Assembly (NCBI GenBank): GCA_041664425.1
Contig: JBAYKU010000001.1
Location: 29,272 to 93,271, forward strand
Direction: 5' to 3'
Length of the DNA stretch: 64,000 nt
From: Minisyncoccota bacterium
GTDB lineage: Bacteria > Patescibacteriota > Minisyncoccia > Phycocordibacterales > XYD1-FULL-46-19
Each line of letters begins with the position of its first letter. The first letter of the stretch is position 1. The translations under genes and the position numbers were made by a program. The notes beneath the pieces were generated by a model, which was not told where the DNA came from, made no database searches, and saw only the letters and a program-made list of their open reading frames with translations. Shown one piece after another: positions 10,587-20,996 of this stretch.

Positions 10587-12344
10587 ATGGCAAAAGAATG
10601 GCAATTAGCTAAAAAACCAGCCCCCTCGGCAGTTAAAAGTTTGTCTGGATACTCGGACCTGGTTTCTCGATTACTTTTTTATCGTGGTGTTAAAAATAAA
10701 ACAGTCGCTGAAAAGTTCCTCAATCCTAATTATGAGACCGATCTCCATGATCCATTTTTAATGAAAGACATGGACCGGGCCGCTAAGAGGGTGCTGACAG
10801 CGATTGAATATGACGAGAGAATCATTATTTTTGGCGATTATGATGCTGATGGAGTGCCGGGGACAGCCATCATGGCCACTTTTTTTAATCAAATTGGCTT
10901 TACCAATTACGAAGCCTATATTCCTGATCGTCACAATGAAGCCTACGGTTTAAATTCCAAAGCTATCGAAAAATTTGCCAACAGTGGTGCCAAGCTGATT
11001 ATTACGGTTGATTGTGGTATTACCAATTTTGAAGAAGTGGTCTTTGCAGATAAGTTGGGTATCGAGGTGATTATTACTGACCACCATCTCGCTCCAGAGA
11101 AAATTCCACCCGCTTATGCTGTCGTAGACGCCAAACAAAACGATGACCAGTATCCATTCAAGATGCTTTCTGGGGCCGCGGTGGCTTTTAAACTAGTATT
11201 AGCCATTTCTAAACTAAAGGATTTCAATTTAGTTCCTGGCTGGGAGAAGTGGTTGTTGGACCTGGTGGCTATTTCCACTATTACTGATATGGTGACTTTG
11301 GAGGATGAGAATCGGACCCTAGCTTTTTTTGGTTTGAAGGTTCTGCGTCAGACCAAGCGCTTGGGTTTGGTCAATTTGCTAGCGGTAGCTAAAATTGACG
11401 GCGTTCATATTACTGAGGACGATGTTGGTTTTATGATCGGACCCAGACTTAATTCAGCCAGTCGTATGTCTCATGCCGATGATGCCTTTTCTTTGATTAT
11501 GACCAAAGACCAGGCTGAAGCCCGAGCCATAGCCGATCAGCTCGAAAAACAAAATAAGGGTCGCCGTGAAATCGTGGAAAAAATAATTCAAGATGTTGCC
11601 CGTTTGTATGATAGCGATAATGATTCTTCAAAAATAATTGTTATGGGATCGCCAGAGTGGGGTCTGGGTGTTTTGGGTCTGGCTTCATCACGTTTGGTAG
11701 AAAAATATGCCAAGCCAGTTTTTTTGTGGAGTAAAAATGGCAATGGTGAGATCAAGGGTTCTTGTCGTTCTGATGGTTCTATTAACGTGGTGGAACTCAT
11801 GCGGGCAGTAGGGCCTGATTTCTTTATTGATTTAGGTGGACATGCTATGGCTGGGGGCTTTTCTCTATTACCGGAGCGAGAAGCTGAATTGGCTGTCCGT
11901 CTAAACGGTGCTTTGGAAAAAATTCCCCAGACGGAAGTTGAAGCTATAATCATTGCTGAAGCCGAGCTGACTATTGATGATATAAATCGTCAGACGGCCG
12001 ACGAAGTCTTGTCCCTAGCTCCTTTTGGGGTAGGAAATCCTAAGCCGATTTTTCTCTTGAGAGATTTATCGTTAACTGAAGTAAAAAGTTTTGGCAATGG
12101 GGGGCTGCATTTGGAATTAAAATTTACCAAAAACGATGGTTCTTTAGTCACGGCCATAGGCTTCTTTATGTGTAAGCCAACCTTTTTTGCTGAAAAGTTT
12201 GATAGTAAAAATGGCCATAAGTTTTCCGAAGTTGATTTGGCCGTCGGCCGGCGAGTTGACCTACTAGCCTCGATCGAAAAAAGCTATTTTAGGGGACGGG
12301 AAGAGATTAGATTGAGGATTGTTGATGTTCGTCATCCTAAATAG
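10587..12344 (+). CDS. recJ: Single-stranded DNA exonuclease RecJ
   Basis: GDYDADG, ITVDCG, TDHH, GSCRS, GGHAMAGG, APFGVGNPKP. Confidence 0.96.
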   Translation: MAKEWQLAKKPAPSAVKSLSGYSDLVSRLLFYRGVKNKTVAEKFLNPNYETDLHDPFLMKDMDRAAKRVLTAIEYDERIIIFGDYDADGVPGTAIMATFFNQIGFTNYEAYIPDRHNEAYGLNSKAIEKFANSGAKLIITVDCGITNFEEVVFADKLGIEVIITDHHLAPEKIPPAYAVVDAKQNDDQYPFKMLSGAAVAFKLVLAISKLKDFNLVPGWEKWLLDLVAISTITDMVTLEDENRTLAFFGLKVLRQTKRLGLVNLLAVAKIDGVHITEDDVGFMIGPRLNSASRMSHADDAFSLIMTKDQAEARAIADQLEKQNKGRREIVEKIIQDVARLYDSDNDSSKIIVMGSPEWGLGVLGLASSRLVEKYAKPVFLWSKNGNGEIKGSCRSDGSINVVELMRAVGPDFFIDLGGHAMAGGFSLLPEREAELAVRLNGALEKIPQTEVEAIIIAEAELTIDDINRQTADEVLSLAPFGVGNPKPIFLLRDLSLTEVKSFGNGGLHLELKFTKNDGSLVTAIGFFMCKPTFFAEKFDSKNGHKFSEVDLAVGRRVDLLASIEKSYFRGREEIRLRIVDVRHPK

Positions 12345-12359
12345 TATTATTCAAGAGTT

Positions 12360-12812
12360 ATGGCTAAATTTATAATCTATACTGACGGTGGTTCGAGGGG
12401 TAACCCTGGTGTAGCGGGCTGTGGAGCCGTGGTGGCGGATGCTTCAAACCAGGTGCTTAAGAAGGCTTCTAAGGCTCTAGGAACAGCTACAAATAACGAA
12501 GCCGAATACCAGGCCGTTATTCTCGGATTAGAAACTCTTAAAAAAATAATTAGCGGTGAAAAGCTGAGACAAGCGGAGGTGGAGGTTAAAATGGATAGTC
12601 AATTAGTGGCTAGTCAACTGGCTGGCACCTACCAATTGCGAGAGGAAAGGCTTTTTCCGTTTTTTATTAAGATTTGGAATTATCAAGTAAAAGATTTTCC
12701 CAAAATAAAATTTACCTATATTCCACGCGCACAAAATAGTCTGGCTGATGGTTTGGCTAACGAGGCAATGGATGGTGTCGGTGACAACCAAAACAAATTA
12801 TTAGATTTTTAG
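12360..12812 (+). CDS. rnhA: Ribonuclease HI (archaeal/actinobacterial-like family)
   Basis: YTDGGSRGNPG, TNNEAEY, DSQLV, NSLADGLAN. Confidence 0.9.
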   Translation: MAKFIIYTDGGSRGNPGVAGCGAVVADASNQVLKKASKALGTATNNEAEYQAVILGLETLKKIISGEKLRQAEVEVKMDSQLVASQLAGTYQLREERLFPFFIKIWNYQVKDFPKIKFTYIPRAQNSLADGLANEAMDGVGDNQNKLLDF

Positions 12813-12840
12813 TGACCGGCCTCAAAAACCGGTTTTAATT

Positions 12841-12982
12841 TTCACCCTATAGAATAAAAATTGTTTACAATTTTAATTTTAAATTAAGACAGTAATTTTA
12901 TTCTTACATCATCACAAAGCCAATTAGTAATTAATGTATAGGGTCGTTAAAAAATAATTTAAAATTTATTCAATAGGGTAAA
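12841..12982. repeat. MITE-like element, sister of 882..1029
   Basis: TTCACCCTATAGAATAAAAATTGTTTACAATTTTAATTTTAAATTA...TTTAAAATTTATTCAATAGGGTAAA. Confidence 0.75.
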
Positions 12983-12989
12983 TAAATAT

Positions 12990-13343
12990 ATGGCAACTGA
13001 AGGTTTTAATTTTGATACTTTGGGCAGAGAAGGAGAAATTCCTGAGAATGCTCGTCAAGCAGAACGCGAATTTACTGAGACTTATTCTGATAGTCGAGAA
13101 AAAAATCGTCAGCACGATTTACTGTGGAGAGTTATTGCTAATAAGAAAGTGGATAATATTTTAGATATTCCTACCGAACAACTGCCAGAGCTTTATGCGG
13201 CGGCTAGATTATTTTCTCAGCCAGCAAATTTTAAAGAATTAACAGGTGGGGCAGAGAGCTGGCAAGTGACGAGGGCAGAGAGATTGATTAGTCAACTATT
13301 AAGAGATGCTGAATTGGCCGAGAAAAGAGGGGCTGCCGCTTAG
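12990..13343 (+). CDS. Hypothetical protein
   Basis: 117-aa charged ORF filling the gap before comEC. Confidence 0.55.
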   Translation: MATEGFNFDTLGREGEIPENARQAEREFTETYSDSREKNRQHDLLWRVIANKKVDNILDIPTEQLPELYAAARLFSQPANFKELTGGAESWQVTRAERLISQLLRDAELAEKRGAAA

Positions 13344-14805
13344 TTTTTTACGTCAACTTCTCTTTTTTCTCATCCTGGGATTTTTTGTTGGAGTAGTTGT
13401 TTCGATAAATCAATTTGTTTTTGGCTGGTTGATTTACCTCTTTGCTGGTTGGGGAGTGGTCGGATTATTTTTAGCTTGGCGCTACCAAGTTTCTCGTTTT
13501 TGGTTGCTAATATTTAGTGTTTTTTGTTTGGGTCTGGTCTTGGGACAATGGCGAGCTATGCCTAGAGAAAATTGGGGCGCCAATATTTGTTCTGATCTGG
13601 GGCATAATTTCTCTGGTCTAGTGGTGGCTGAGCCGGTAGCTGGAGAATTTAATCAACGTCTGGTTGTTCGACCGGCTGGAAAAAATTTTAATGTTTTACT
13701 TTTTGCTAAACGTGATGGCGATTGGCGTTATGGTGATGAAATCAATTTTCAAGGTAGTCTCCAAGAGCCAAAAAATTTTCAAACTGACACCGGCCAAGAG
13801 TTTGCCTACAAAAATTATTTATTGAAAGATAATATTTTATGTCTAGGACGAGGTGGGCAAGTGACCTGGCTGTCTGGCGGTCACGGTTCAAATACGAAAC
13901 GAGTTTTGTTTACTGTTAAAAAAGAATTTTTAAATACTATCAATCGTTACTTGCCCGCTCCGCAGTCCTCATTATTGTCAGGAATTTTATTGGGGGTGCA
14001 GTCGTCTTTACCACAAACAGTGTCCGATGATTATCGTCGAGCGGGCCTGACTCACATTTTAGTTTTGTCGGGACAAAATATTTCTATTATTGCCAGTGCC
14101 TTGATGATTATCTTTGGCTGGGCTGGGCCATTGATTTCTTTTGTGATTGTTGTGACTGGCTTGGTTCTCTTTACTCTCATGGCCGGGGCTGGAGCGTCAG
14201 TGGTCCGGGCGGCTGTCATGGGTCTCCTAGTGGTGTTGGCTCGAGCCGTCGGTCGACCTTATGCTGGCGGTCTGGCTTTGGTAACGGCCGGCGCTCTAAT
14301 GGTTTGGTTTAATCCTCGACTGCTAGTTTTTGATCTCGGTTTTCAGTTATCTTTTCTCGCCACGCTCGGACTTTTTTATGGTACACCCATGATGGCTCGA
14401 TTATTAAAATTTTTACCCGCCACTTGGGGTTTGCGAGAAATCACCAGCATTTCGGCTGGAGCAATTTTATTTACTTCGCCCTGGTTGGCTTATTCTTTTG
14501 GCCAACTATCTCTGGTGGCCTTGCCGGCTAATATTTTAGTGGTGCCAACTGTAGAAATGACAATGTTGTTTGGTTTTTTGACTGTGGTCTTTGGTTGGTT
14601 ACAAATACCCTTCGCTTGGCCCTTGGCCTTTATCTCCAGTCTGTTATTAAAATGGAATCTTTTTATTACTAGTTTCTTTGCTCATTTGCCGGGAGCTTCG
14701 ATTGTTATTAAAAATGTTTCTTTGGTGTTTGTGATATTTTTTTATTTAATTATTTTGGGAGCTGTTCTCCATGACAAAAAACTCAGTCAAAAAAAATCGA
14801 CTTGA
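13306..14805 (+). CDS. comEC: ComEC competence channel (OB-fold/DUF4131 plus competence domain); start uncertain
   Basis: GLTHILVLSGQN, ASVVRAAVM, DLGFQLSFLAT, many transmembrane segments. Confidence 0.9.
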   Translation: MLNWPRKEGLPLSFLRQLLFFLILGFFVGVVVSINQFVFGWLIYLFAGWGVVGLFLAWRYQVSRFWLLIFSVFCLGLVLGQWRAMPRENWGANICSDLGHNFSGLVVAEPVAGEFNQRLVVRPAGKNFNVLLFAKRDGDWRYGDEINFQGSLQEPKNFQTDTGQEFAYKNYLLKDNILCLGRGGQVTWLSGGHGSNTKRVLFTVKKEFLNTINRYLPAPQSSLLSGILLGVQSSLPQTVSDDYRRAGLTHILVLSGQNISIIASALMIIFGWAGPLISFVIVVTGLVLFTLMAGAGASVVRAAVMGLLVVLARAVGRPYAGGLALVTAGALMVWFNPRLLVFDLGFQLSFLATLGLFYGTPMMARLLKFLPATWGLREITSISAGAILFTSPWLAYSFGQLSLVALPANILVVPTVEMTMLFGFLTVVFGWLQIPFAWPLAFISSLLLKWNLFITSFFAHLPGASIVIKNVSLVFVIFFYLIILGAVLHDKKLSQKKST

Positions 14806-14820
14806 GATATAATTGACCTA

Positions 14821-15648
14821 ATGAATTTGAATTGGCAAAAAATCAAATGGCTCGGTCTCGGTTTATTAACCTTGATTACTATTTTTGTTTGGGTGGCTAT
14901 TTGGCAATTGGCGCCATCTCCGAAAATGTCTGTAGCTTTTCTCGATGTTGGCCAGGGTGACGCAATCTTGATTGATACTCCGCACCATCGGCAGGTTTTA
15001 TTGGATACTGGCCCAGGGTCAGCCGTCCTGCCATCTCTAGGTCAGGCGATGCCATTTTTTGATCACTCTCTGGATTTGATTTTACTTAGCCATGGCGATA
15101 GTGATCACTCTGGCGGCCTGTCTGATGTCTTGTCTCACTATTCTTTGGATTATTTTCTGGCTGGTAATTGGGCGATTGGTAATAAAAAAGTTATTGGTAA
15201 AAATGATTTTCTATCAGCTGAAGCGGGGACAAGGATAGAATTGGAGCCAAATATTTTTCTCGATGTTATCGAAGGGGGAACCACTAATAAAAAAGATAAT
15301 GTTGATTCGCTGGTGGCTAGATTGAGCTACGGTTCAACGACTTTTTTATTGACCGGTGATTCTGTCTCTAAAGAAGAAACTGATGAAATAAATAAATTGG
15401 GGGATTATTTGCAAGCCGATGTTCTGAAAGTGTCTCACCATGGTTCACGGACTTCGACTAGTGGTAATTTTTTAGTGCGAGTACGACCACCGTATGCCGT
15501 GATTTCGGTCGGGGCGGATAATCGTTATGGACATCCTACTGCCGAAACATTAGAGCGTTTGAAAAAAATTGGGGCAGAAATTTTACGGACCGATGAACAG
15601 GGGACGATTGTGTTTGAGAGCGATGGCCAAAAAATTATCAAAAAATAA
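14821..15648 (+). CDS. ComEC-type metallo-beta-lactamase domain protein (separate ORF)
   Basis: FLDVGQGDA, SHGDSDH, LTGD, KVSHHGS, NRYGHP, RTDEQGTI. Confidence 0.9.
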   Translation: MNLNWQKIKWLGLGLLTLITIFVWVAIWQLAPSPKMSVAFLDVGQGDAILIDTPHHRQVLLDTGPGSAVLPSLGQAMPFFDHSLDLILLSHGDSDHSGGLSDVLSHYSLDYFLAGNWAIGNKKVIGKNDFLSAEAGTRIELEPNIFLDVIEGGTTNKKDNVDSLVARLSYGSTTFLLTGDSVSKEETDEINKLGDYLQADVLKVSHHGSRTSTSGNFLVRVRPPYAVISVGADNRYGHPTAETLERLKKIGAEILRTDEQGTIVFESDGQKIIKK

Positions 15649-15673
15649 GGGGGTCAACCGTAGTTGTCCCCCT

Positions 15674-15808
15674 TTAGATTTCACCGGCTGCCCTTGGATC
15701 TGGTGATACGGGGGCAGTTTTATTTTAACCATGTGGAGTGCTCAGTCCCTTTCTATATCTTCTCGGACTGCGGAGTCACTTGCCGAGGAGACACTTAGTG
15801 AAATCTAA
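15674..15808 (-). ncRNA. Candidate structured non-coding RNA of unknown family
   Basis: Perfect 11-bp closing stem, promoter-like TTGCCA...TGCTAACTT upstream, terminator hairpin at 15647..15675. Confidence 0.45.
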
Positions 15809-15925
15809 TTTCAAGTTAGCATAAAATTTATTTTTGGCAATAATTAAGGGCCCCACTGTTAGGTAGGGCCCAAAGGTTGGGCGGTTGGCTTCCAGAGCGT
15901 ACATCGCTCCTAAAGTGCAACTTCC

Positions 15926-16303
15926 TTATTCGACTATGTTGGCCAACAGGACTTTCGTCCCGTTTTTCTTCAGACCAAGTTTGTCGGCCGCTTTAGACGA
16001 GATGTCTAAGTCGCGGCCACTAATGTATGGACCTCGATCTTTGATTTCGACTACTAACTGGTAGCCGGTCTCGAGGTCAGTGAGTTTTAGCTTCGTGCCA
16101 ATGGGCAGCTCTTTGTGGGCTGCCGTTGTCGGGTCTTCGGCCCGAAAACTTTCCCCATTGGCCATCCGGCGCCCTTGAAGTTCGCGTCCATACCAGCTGG
16201 TGTTAACCATGGCTGGCGGGAACACTTGATCCATAGGACGGATTTGACCACTATTGATTGAATTAGACGAAATCAATATGGCCAACGTTACCATCACTCC
16301 CAT
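15926..16303 (-). CDS. RlpA-like double-psi beta-barrel (lytic transglycosylase-like) protein
   Basis: SWYG, TAAHKELPIGT, DRGPY, RDLDIS; AAGGAGGT SD site. Confidence 0.88.
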   Translation of the reverse strand: MGVMVTLAILISSNSINSGQIRPMDQVFPPAMVNTSWYGRELQGRRMANGESFRAEDPTTAAHKELPIGTKLKLTDLETGYQLVVEIKDRGPYISGRDLDISSKAADKLGLKKNGTKVLLANIVE

Positions 16304-16463
16304 TGCATACCTCCTTTGTGTTGACGAACTTCAGTCCCGAGGGACATCTATTCGCCACCGCCCAAAGTCTGACCTCATCTTAATACTTTTAGGTTTATAT
16401 GTCAAACTTTACCCTAAAAATATGGCTGAATAAGGCCATTTTGTGTAGTACGTATTAGGACAA

Positions 16464-16502
16464 CAAAAAATTGCCGCTTGGGCTCCCAAGCGGCAATTTT
16501 TG
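16464..16502. terminator. Terminator downstream of rpmB
   Basis: AAAAAATTGCCGCTTGG...CCAAGCGGCAATTTTT. Confidence 0.8.
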
Positions 16503-16504
16503 TC

Positions 16505-16708
16505 TTAGACGATCTTGATTTCGAGGTTTTTGCCCTTTTTGAGGCATTTGGTACAGATTTTTACCCGGGAACCGTCAGCGAGCTTGGCCCACTGTAAATT
16601 CGGCTGTTTTCTCTGAACAGGAATCGGATTGTATTTGGTAGCACGAACACGGTTGGAGTAACCTCCGACCAATAAACTACCTTTTTCGCAAATAGGACAA
16701 TTTTTCAT
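16505..16708 (-). CDS. rpmB: 50S ribosomal protein L28
   Basis: CPIC...PNLQ...KICTKCLK. Confidence 0.85.
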   Translation of the reverse strand: MKNCPICEKGSLLVGGYSNRVRATKYNPIPVQRKQPNLQWAKLADGSRVKICTKCLKKGKNLEIKIV

Positions 16709-16761
16709 AAGATAGTTCGTATGCTAACATAGGATATTAATCATTGCAACCCTATTAACTC

Positions 16762-17373
16762 ATGGAAACCACCGTTATATTTTCAATTGTTATCTTAGTG
16801 ATGTCTGTCGTTCTCCACGAAGTCTCTCATGGTTTCGCGGCCTATTTATTGGGTGATCCGACTGCCAAGATTGCTGGTCGTTTGACTTTGAATCCTCTTA
16901 AACATCTCGATTGGATGGGTTCAGTTATTGTGCCCCTGATTCTATCTCTTTTTCCAGGTGGGTTTATTATTGGCTGGGCTAAACCAGTACCCTATAACCC
17001 ACATATGCTCCGAGGAGGGAAGTACGGACCAGCGATGGTGGCAGGGGCTGGGCCGGCTATGAATTTGGCCATTGCTGTCTTTTTTGCCTTCCTGATTCGT
17101 TCGTCTTTGGCCATGAGTTTGGGTGGTTCGACTATGGTCGTTCTAAGTGGAACCATTGTTTTGACTAATGTCGCCTTGGCTATCTTTAACCTGACCCCAG
17201 TGTCTCCTTTCGATGGTTCAAAAATTCTTTTTGCCTTTTTACCCCGAGCTTGGAGAGGGGTGGAAACTTTTTTGGAAAGTAATCAGCTAATAGTTATTTT
17301 GGTGGTGATTTTAGGGATGGGCTATATTTTGAGTCCTGTGACTAGCGCCATCGTTCATCTACTTTTGTGGTAA
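16762..17373 (+). CDS. Site-2 protease, M50 family
   Basis: HEVSH, GRLTLNP, AGPAMN, NLTPVSPFDG. Confidence 0.92.
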   Translation: METTVIFSIVILVMSVVLHEVSHGFAAYLLGDPTAKIAGRLTLNPLKHLDWMGSVIVPLILSLFPGGFIIGWAKPVPYNPHMLRGGKYGPAMVAGAGPAMNLAIAVFFAFLIRSSLAMSLGGSTMVVLSGTIVLTNVALAIFNLTPVSPFDGSKILFAFLPRAWRGVETFLESNQLIVILVVILGMGYILSPVTSAIVHLLLW

Positions 17374-17465
17374 AAAGCCGAGACCGACTGCTCGGCGCTA
17401 GATATTAGCCCTCTGGCTATCATTTTTTCTTGCATTTTCGGTCGAGATGTATTAGAGTGTCTCCG

Positions 17466-17891
17466 ATGCCTACAATCAATCAATTGGTTCGCAAGCCTCG
17501 TAAACCGCTCATCAATAAATCGAAAGCGGTTGCTTTAGCTCGCGGTTTTAACTCTCTTAAAAACAAACCAGTTTTCTACCCATCACCTTTCAAGCGCGGT
17601 GTCTGTTTGTCGGTTAAAACGACTACTCCAAAGAAGCCAAACTCTGCTCTCCGTAAAATTGCTCGTGTCCGTTTGACCAATGGTATGGAAGTGACCGCCT
17701 ATATTCCAGGTGAAGGTCACAATTTACAGGAACACTCAGTGGTCGTGATTCGTGGTGGTCGGGTTAAAGACTTGCCAGGTGTTCGTTATCATATTGTTCG
17801 TGGTGTCCTCGATGCCTCTGGTGTTGATAAGCGCCGTCAGGGTCGTTCCCGTTACGGTTCCAAGCGTCCAAAGAAGGATGGTAAAAAATAA
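17466..17891 (+). CDS. rpsL: 30S ribosomal protein S12
   Basis: [25 protein letters not shown]. Confidence 0.98.
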   Translation: MPTINQLVRKPRKPLINKSKAVALARGFNSLKNKPVFYPSPFKRGVCLSVKTTTPKKPNSALRKIARVRLTNGMEVTAYIPGEGHNLQEHSVVVIRGGRVKDLPGVRYHIVRGVLDASGVDKRRQGRSRYGSKRPKKDGKK

Positions 17892-17914
17892 TCACAATTT
17901 TAAATAAATAATCT

Positions 17915-18397
17915 ATGCGTCGTCCCGTCAAAAAACCTACTCGAATCAAGCCTGATCAAAAATATAACTCGATCAAGGTCTCTAAGTTGACCAACTATAT
18001 TATGGAACGCGGTAAGAAAAATGCTGCTCGCGATGTCGTTTATGGCGCTTTTGATATTATTGCCGAAAAGACCAAGAAAGATCCGATGGAAGTCTATGAG
18101 GAAGCTCTGAACATTATCGGTCCATCAGTGGAAATTCGTTCTAAGCGTGTCGGTGGTGCTAACTATCAAGTGCCTCACGAAGTTCGTCCAGAACGCCGCT
18201 TGGCTCTAGCTTTGCGTTGGATTATTGACGCGGCTCGTTCACGCAAGGGGATGCCAATGCGACAACGTTTGGCCGAAGAATTACTTTTGGCTAGCAAAAA
18301 CGAAGGTGAAGCGGCCAAGAAAAAAGACAACGTTCACAAGATGGCCGAAGCCAACCGCGCTTTTGCTCACTTTGCTTGGTCTGGGGGTAGAAAATAA
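17915..18397 (+). CDS. rpsG: 30S ribosomal protein S7
   Basis: RVGGANYQVP, HKMAEANRAFAH. Confidence 0.98.
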   Translation: MRRPVKKPTRIKPDQKYNSIKVSKLTNYIMERGKKNAARDVVYGAFDIIAEKTKKDPMEVYEEALNIIGPSVEIRSKRVGGANYQVPHEVRPERRLALALRWIIDAARSRKGMPMRQRLAEELLLASKNEGEAAKKKDNVHKMAEANRAFAHFAWSGGRK

Positions 18398-18513
18398 TCT
18401 TAATCTGTTTCTAAACAGATTAAGACCAGTTTAATTTTTTTCGTTTTTTAACGAAAAAAGTGTTTGTCATAATTTTATTATTAAGCTTTTGATTTAACTT
18501 TTAATTTAATCAT

Positions 18514-20658
18514 ATGTCTCGGGATTATCCTTTAGAGAAAGTTCGTAATATTGGTATTATCGCCCACATTGACGCTGGTAAAACTACTACTAGCGAGCGG
18601 GTGCTTTTTTATACTGGTGTGTCACATAAAATCGGTGAAGTCCACGAAGGTGAAGCGGTTATGGACTGGATGGAGCAGGAGCAAGAGCGTGGTATCACGA
18701 TTACTTCGGCGGCCACGACTGCTTTCTGGATTCCGACCTATGCTAAAGGTGATTTAGCTCAGAAACATCGCGTTAACATTATTGATACTCCCGGACACGT
18801 CGACTTTACTGCCGAGGTGGAACGTAGTTTGAAAGTGCTCGACGGTGGCGTGACTGTTTTCGATGGTGTGGCTGGTGTGGAACCGCAGTCTGAGACTGTT
18901 TGGCGCCAAGCTGATAAATATCACGTGCCACGTATTTGTTTCATTAATAAACTTGATCGCATGGGTGCTTCTTTTAGTCACTCTTTCAAAACGATCCAGG
19001 AACGCTTGTCTAAAAAAGCCGTTCGAGTCCAGATTCCTATGGGCGAAGACGATAAGCACGAAGGTGTTATCGACCTTTTGAACATGAAGGCCTATTTGTT
19101 TGAAGGGGATAAAGGAAAAGAAATTAAAGAAATTGATATTCCGGCTGAATTTTTAGATGAAGCGACTAAATGCCGAGCCGAGTTGGTAGAAAAAGTGGCT
19201 GAAAATGATGAACAAATGATGAACGATTATTTGGAGGGCAAGGAAATTGCTATTCCCGATTTAAAGCGTGTCATTCGTAAGGCGACTATTGCCAATGAGC
19301 TTTTCCCAGTTTTTTGTGGTTCGGCTTTGAAAAATAAAGGCGTGCAACTAATGCTTGACGGTGTGGTGGACTATTTACCATCACCACTCGATATCCCATC
19401 AATTAAAGGTGAAGATATTAATACGGGTGAAGAAATCGAACGACGGGCTTCCGACTCCGAACCATTTGCGGCTTTGGCTTTCAAACTTCAATCCGATCCA
19501 TTTATTGGTCAGCTGACTTTCTTCCGGGTTTATTCCGGTACTTTGGCGGCTGGTTCCTATGTCTACAACTCAACCAAGGGAGTCAAAGAGCGCGTCGGCC
19601 GTATTGTTCGTCTCCACGCTAACCATCGTGAAGAAGTGAAGGAAGTCTATGCTGGTGAAATCGCGGCCATCGTCGGTCTCAAAGATACCAAAACTTCTGA
19701 TACTCTCTGTGATGAAAATCACCCAATTATTTTGCACAAAATTATCTTCCCTGAACCAGTGGTGGAAATGCGGATTGAACCGAAAACTAAGGCGGACCAA
19801 GAAAAAATGGGCTTGGCTATGCGTCGCTTGGCTGATGAGGATCCAACCTTCAAAGTTAAAACCGATACCGAAACCATGGAGACAATTATCGCTGGTATGG
19901 GCGAATTGCACTTGGAAATTTTGGTGGAAAGAATGAAGCGCGAATTTAATGTTGAAGCTAATGTTGGTAAACCACAGGTGGCCTATCGCGAAACTATTAC
20001 CATGTCGGCCGAAGCCGAAGGTAAGTATGTCAAACAGTCTGGTGGTCGTGGTCAGTATGGTCATTGCCGTTTGCGAATCAAACCACTCGAAAAAAATATT
20101 GATCCGGACCAAAAAATCGCTAAAAATGTCAAACGCGAAACTGGTTTTGAGTTCATCAACTCTATCAAAGGTGGCGCCGTACCAAACGAATATATTCCAG
20201 CGATTGAAAAAGGCGTCAGAGAGGCGATGGATCGCGGTATTCAAGCCGGCTTCCAGGTCGTCGATGTGTCAGTTGAGCTTTATGATGGTTCTTATCACGA
20301 AGTTGACTCATCTGAAATGGCTTTCAAAATGGCAGGCTCTATGGCTTTCCAGGAGGGCGCCAAACGCGCGAAACCAGTCTTGTTGGAACCTATTATGAAA
20401 GTCGAGGTTATCGTGCCTGAGAAGTTCATGGGTGACATCACCGGTCAATTGTCTAGTAAGCGTGGTCAGATCGAATCAATGGAAGATCGCTTTGGTCTCA
20501 AGGCTATCCGAGCCAAGGTGCCTCTAGCGGAAATGTTCGGCTATGTTACCAACCTCCGCTCAATGACCGAAGGTCGCGGTACCTTCACCATGGAATTTGG
20601 GGAGTACGCGATTATCCCGAACAATGTGGCGTTGGGGATTATTGAGACGAGAAAGTAA
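18514..20658 (+). CDS. fusA: Elongation factor G
   Basis: [29 protein letters not shown]. Confidence 0.98.
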   Translation: MSRDYPLEKVRNIGIIAHIDAGKTTTSERVLFYTGVSHKIGEVHEGEAVMDWMEQEQERGITITSAATTAFWIPTYAKGDLAQKHRVNIIDTPGHVDFTAEVERSLKVLDGGVTVFDGVAGVEPQSETVWRQADKYHVPRICFINKLDRMGASFSHSFKTIQERLSKKAVRVQIPMGEDDKHEGVIDLLNMKAYLFEGDKGKEIKEIDIPAEFLDEATKCRAELVEKVAENDEQMMNDYLEGKEIAIPDLKRVIRKATIANELFPVFCGSALKNKGVQLMLDGVVDYLPSPLDIPSIKGEDINTGEEIERRASDSEPFAALAFKLQSDPFIGQLTFFRVYSGTLAAGSYVYNSTKGVKERVGRIVRLHANHREEVKEVYAGEIAAIVGLKDTKTSDTLCDENHPIILHKIIFPEPVVEMRIEPKTKADQEKMGLAMRRLADEDPTFKVKTDTETMETIIAGMGELHLEILVERMKREFNVEANVGKPQVAYRETITMSAEAEGKYVKQSGGRGQYGHCRLRIKPLEKNIDPDQKIAKNVKRETGFEFINSIKGGAVPNEYIPAIEKGVREAMDRGIQAGFQVVDVSVELYDGSYHEVDSSEMAFKMAGSMAFQEGAKRAKPVLLEPIMKVEVIVPEKFMGDITGQLSSKRGQIESMEDRFGLKAIRAKVPLAEMFGYVTNLRSMTEGRGTFTMEFGEYAIIPNNVALGIIETRK

Positions 20659-20664
20659 AACTAC

Positions 20665-20824
20665 AGCTTAAACATTTTAAAACCACGAAAAAGCCCCCAG
20701 CGGGGCTTTTTCTCTGCTTCGTGTAGGCTCTTCGCCCTCGTTCCTCGCCCAGCTCGGAACAAAAATACTTAAGGGCGAAGACCGGCAGCCTACCACTACG
20801 CAAGGGTTTAAAAATGTTTAAGCT
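20665..20824. repeat. Nested inverted-repeat element enclosing the fusA terminator
   Basis: AGCTTAAACATTTTAAAACC/GGTTTAAAAATGTTTAAGCT arms; the right arm recurs at about 32798..32860. Confidence 0.7.
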
Positions 20825-20996
20825 TCCGTTCGCTCAGGATAAGGTCTAAAAATTTTGCCAAATTTTTAAGTAGTTTACCCTTATTTTTAGGCGTTTTTGG
20901 CTGTTTGCTATTGACTTTTATACCTATTTATGCTAATATTGAAGATAGAGTTTTGTCAATTGGAGCCTCTTAGGAGGCAAGCGGAAGGATAGAAAA

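Noticed and set aside
13306-15648. comEC as a broken pseudogene
   Set aside because: The second ORF has its own start, -10 box and membrane anchor, and both ORFs keep their motifs.
16304-16410. c-di-AMP or other riboswitch upstream of the rlpA-like gene
   Set aside because: I could not see the conserved aptamer motifs.
17430-17465. N-terminal extensions in the ORF track (rpsL, ftsH, secY, pilin 3920, ABC 39183)
   Set aside because: They are upstream in-frame near-cognate starts that overlap promoters or previous genes; downstream ATGs fit the family N-termini better.
19570-20244. Long antisense ORFs over fusA, and similar ones over tuf, ftsH, infC and recG
   Set aside because: These are expected shadows of biased codon usage in conserved genes.
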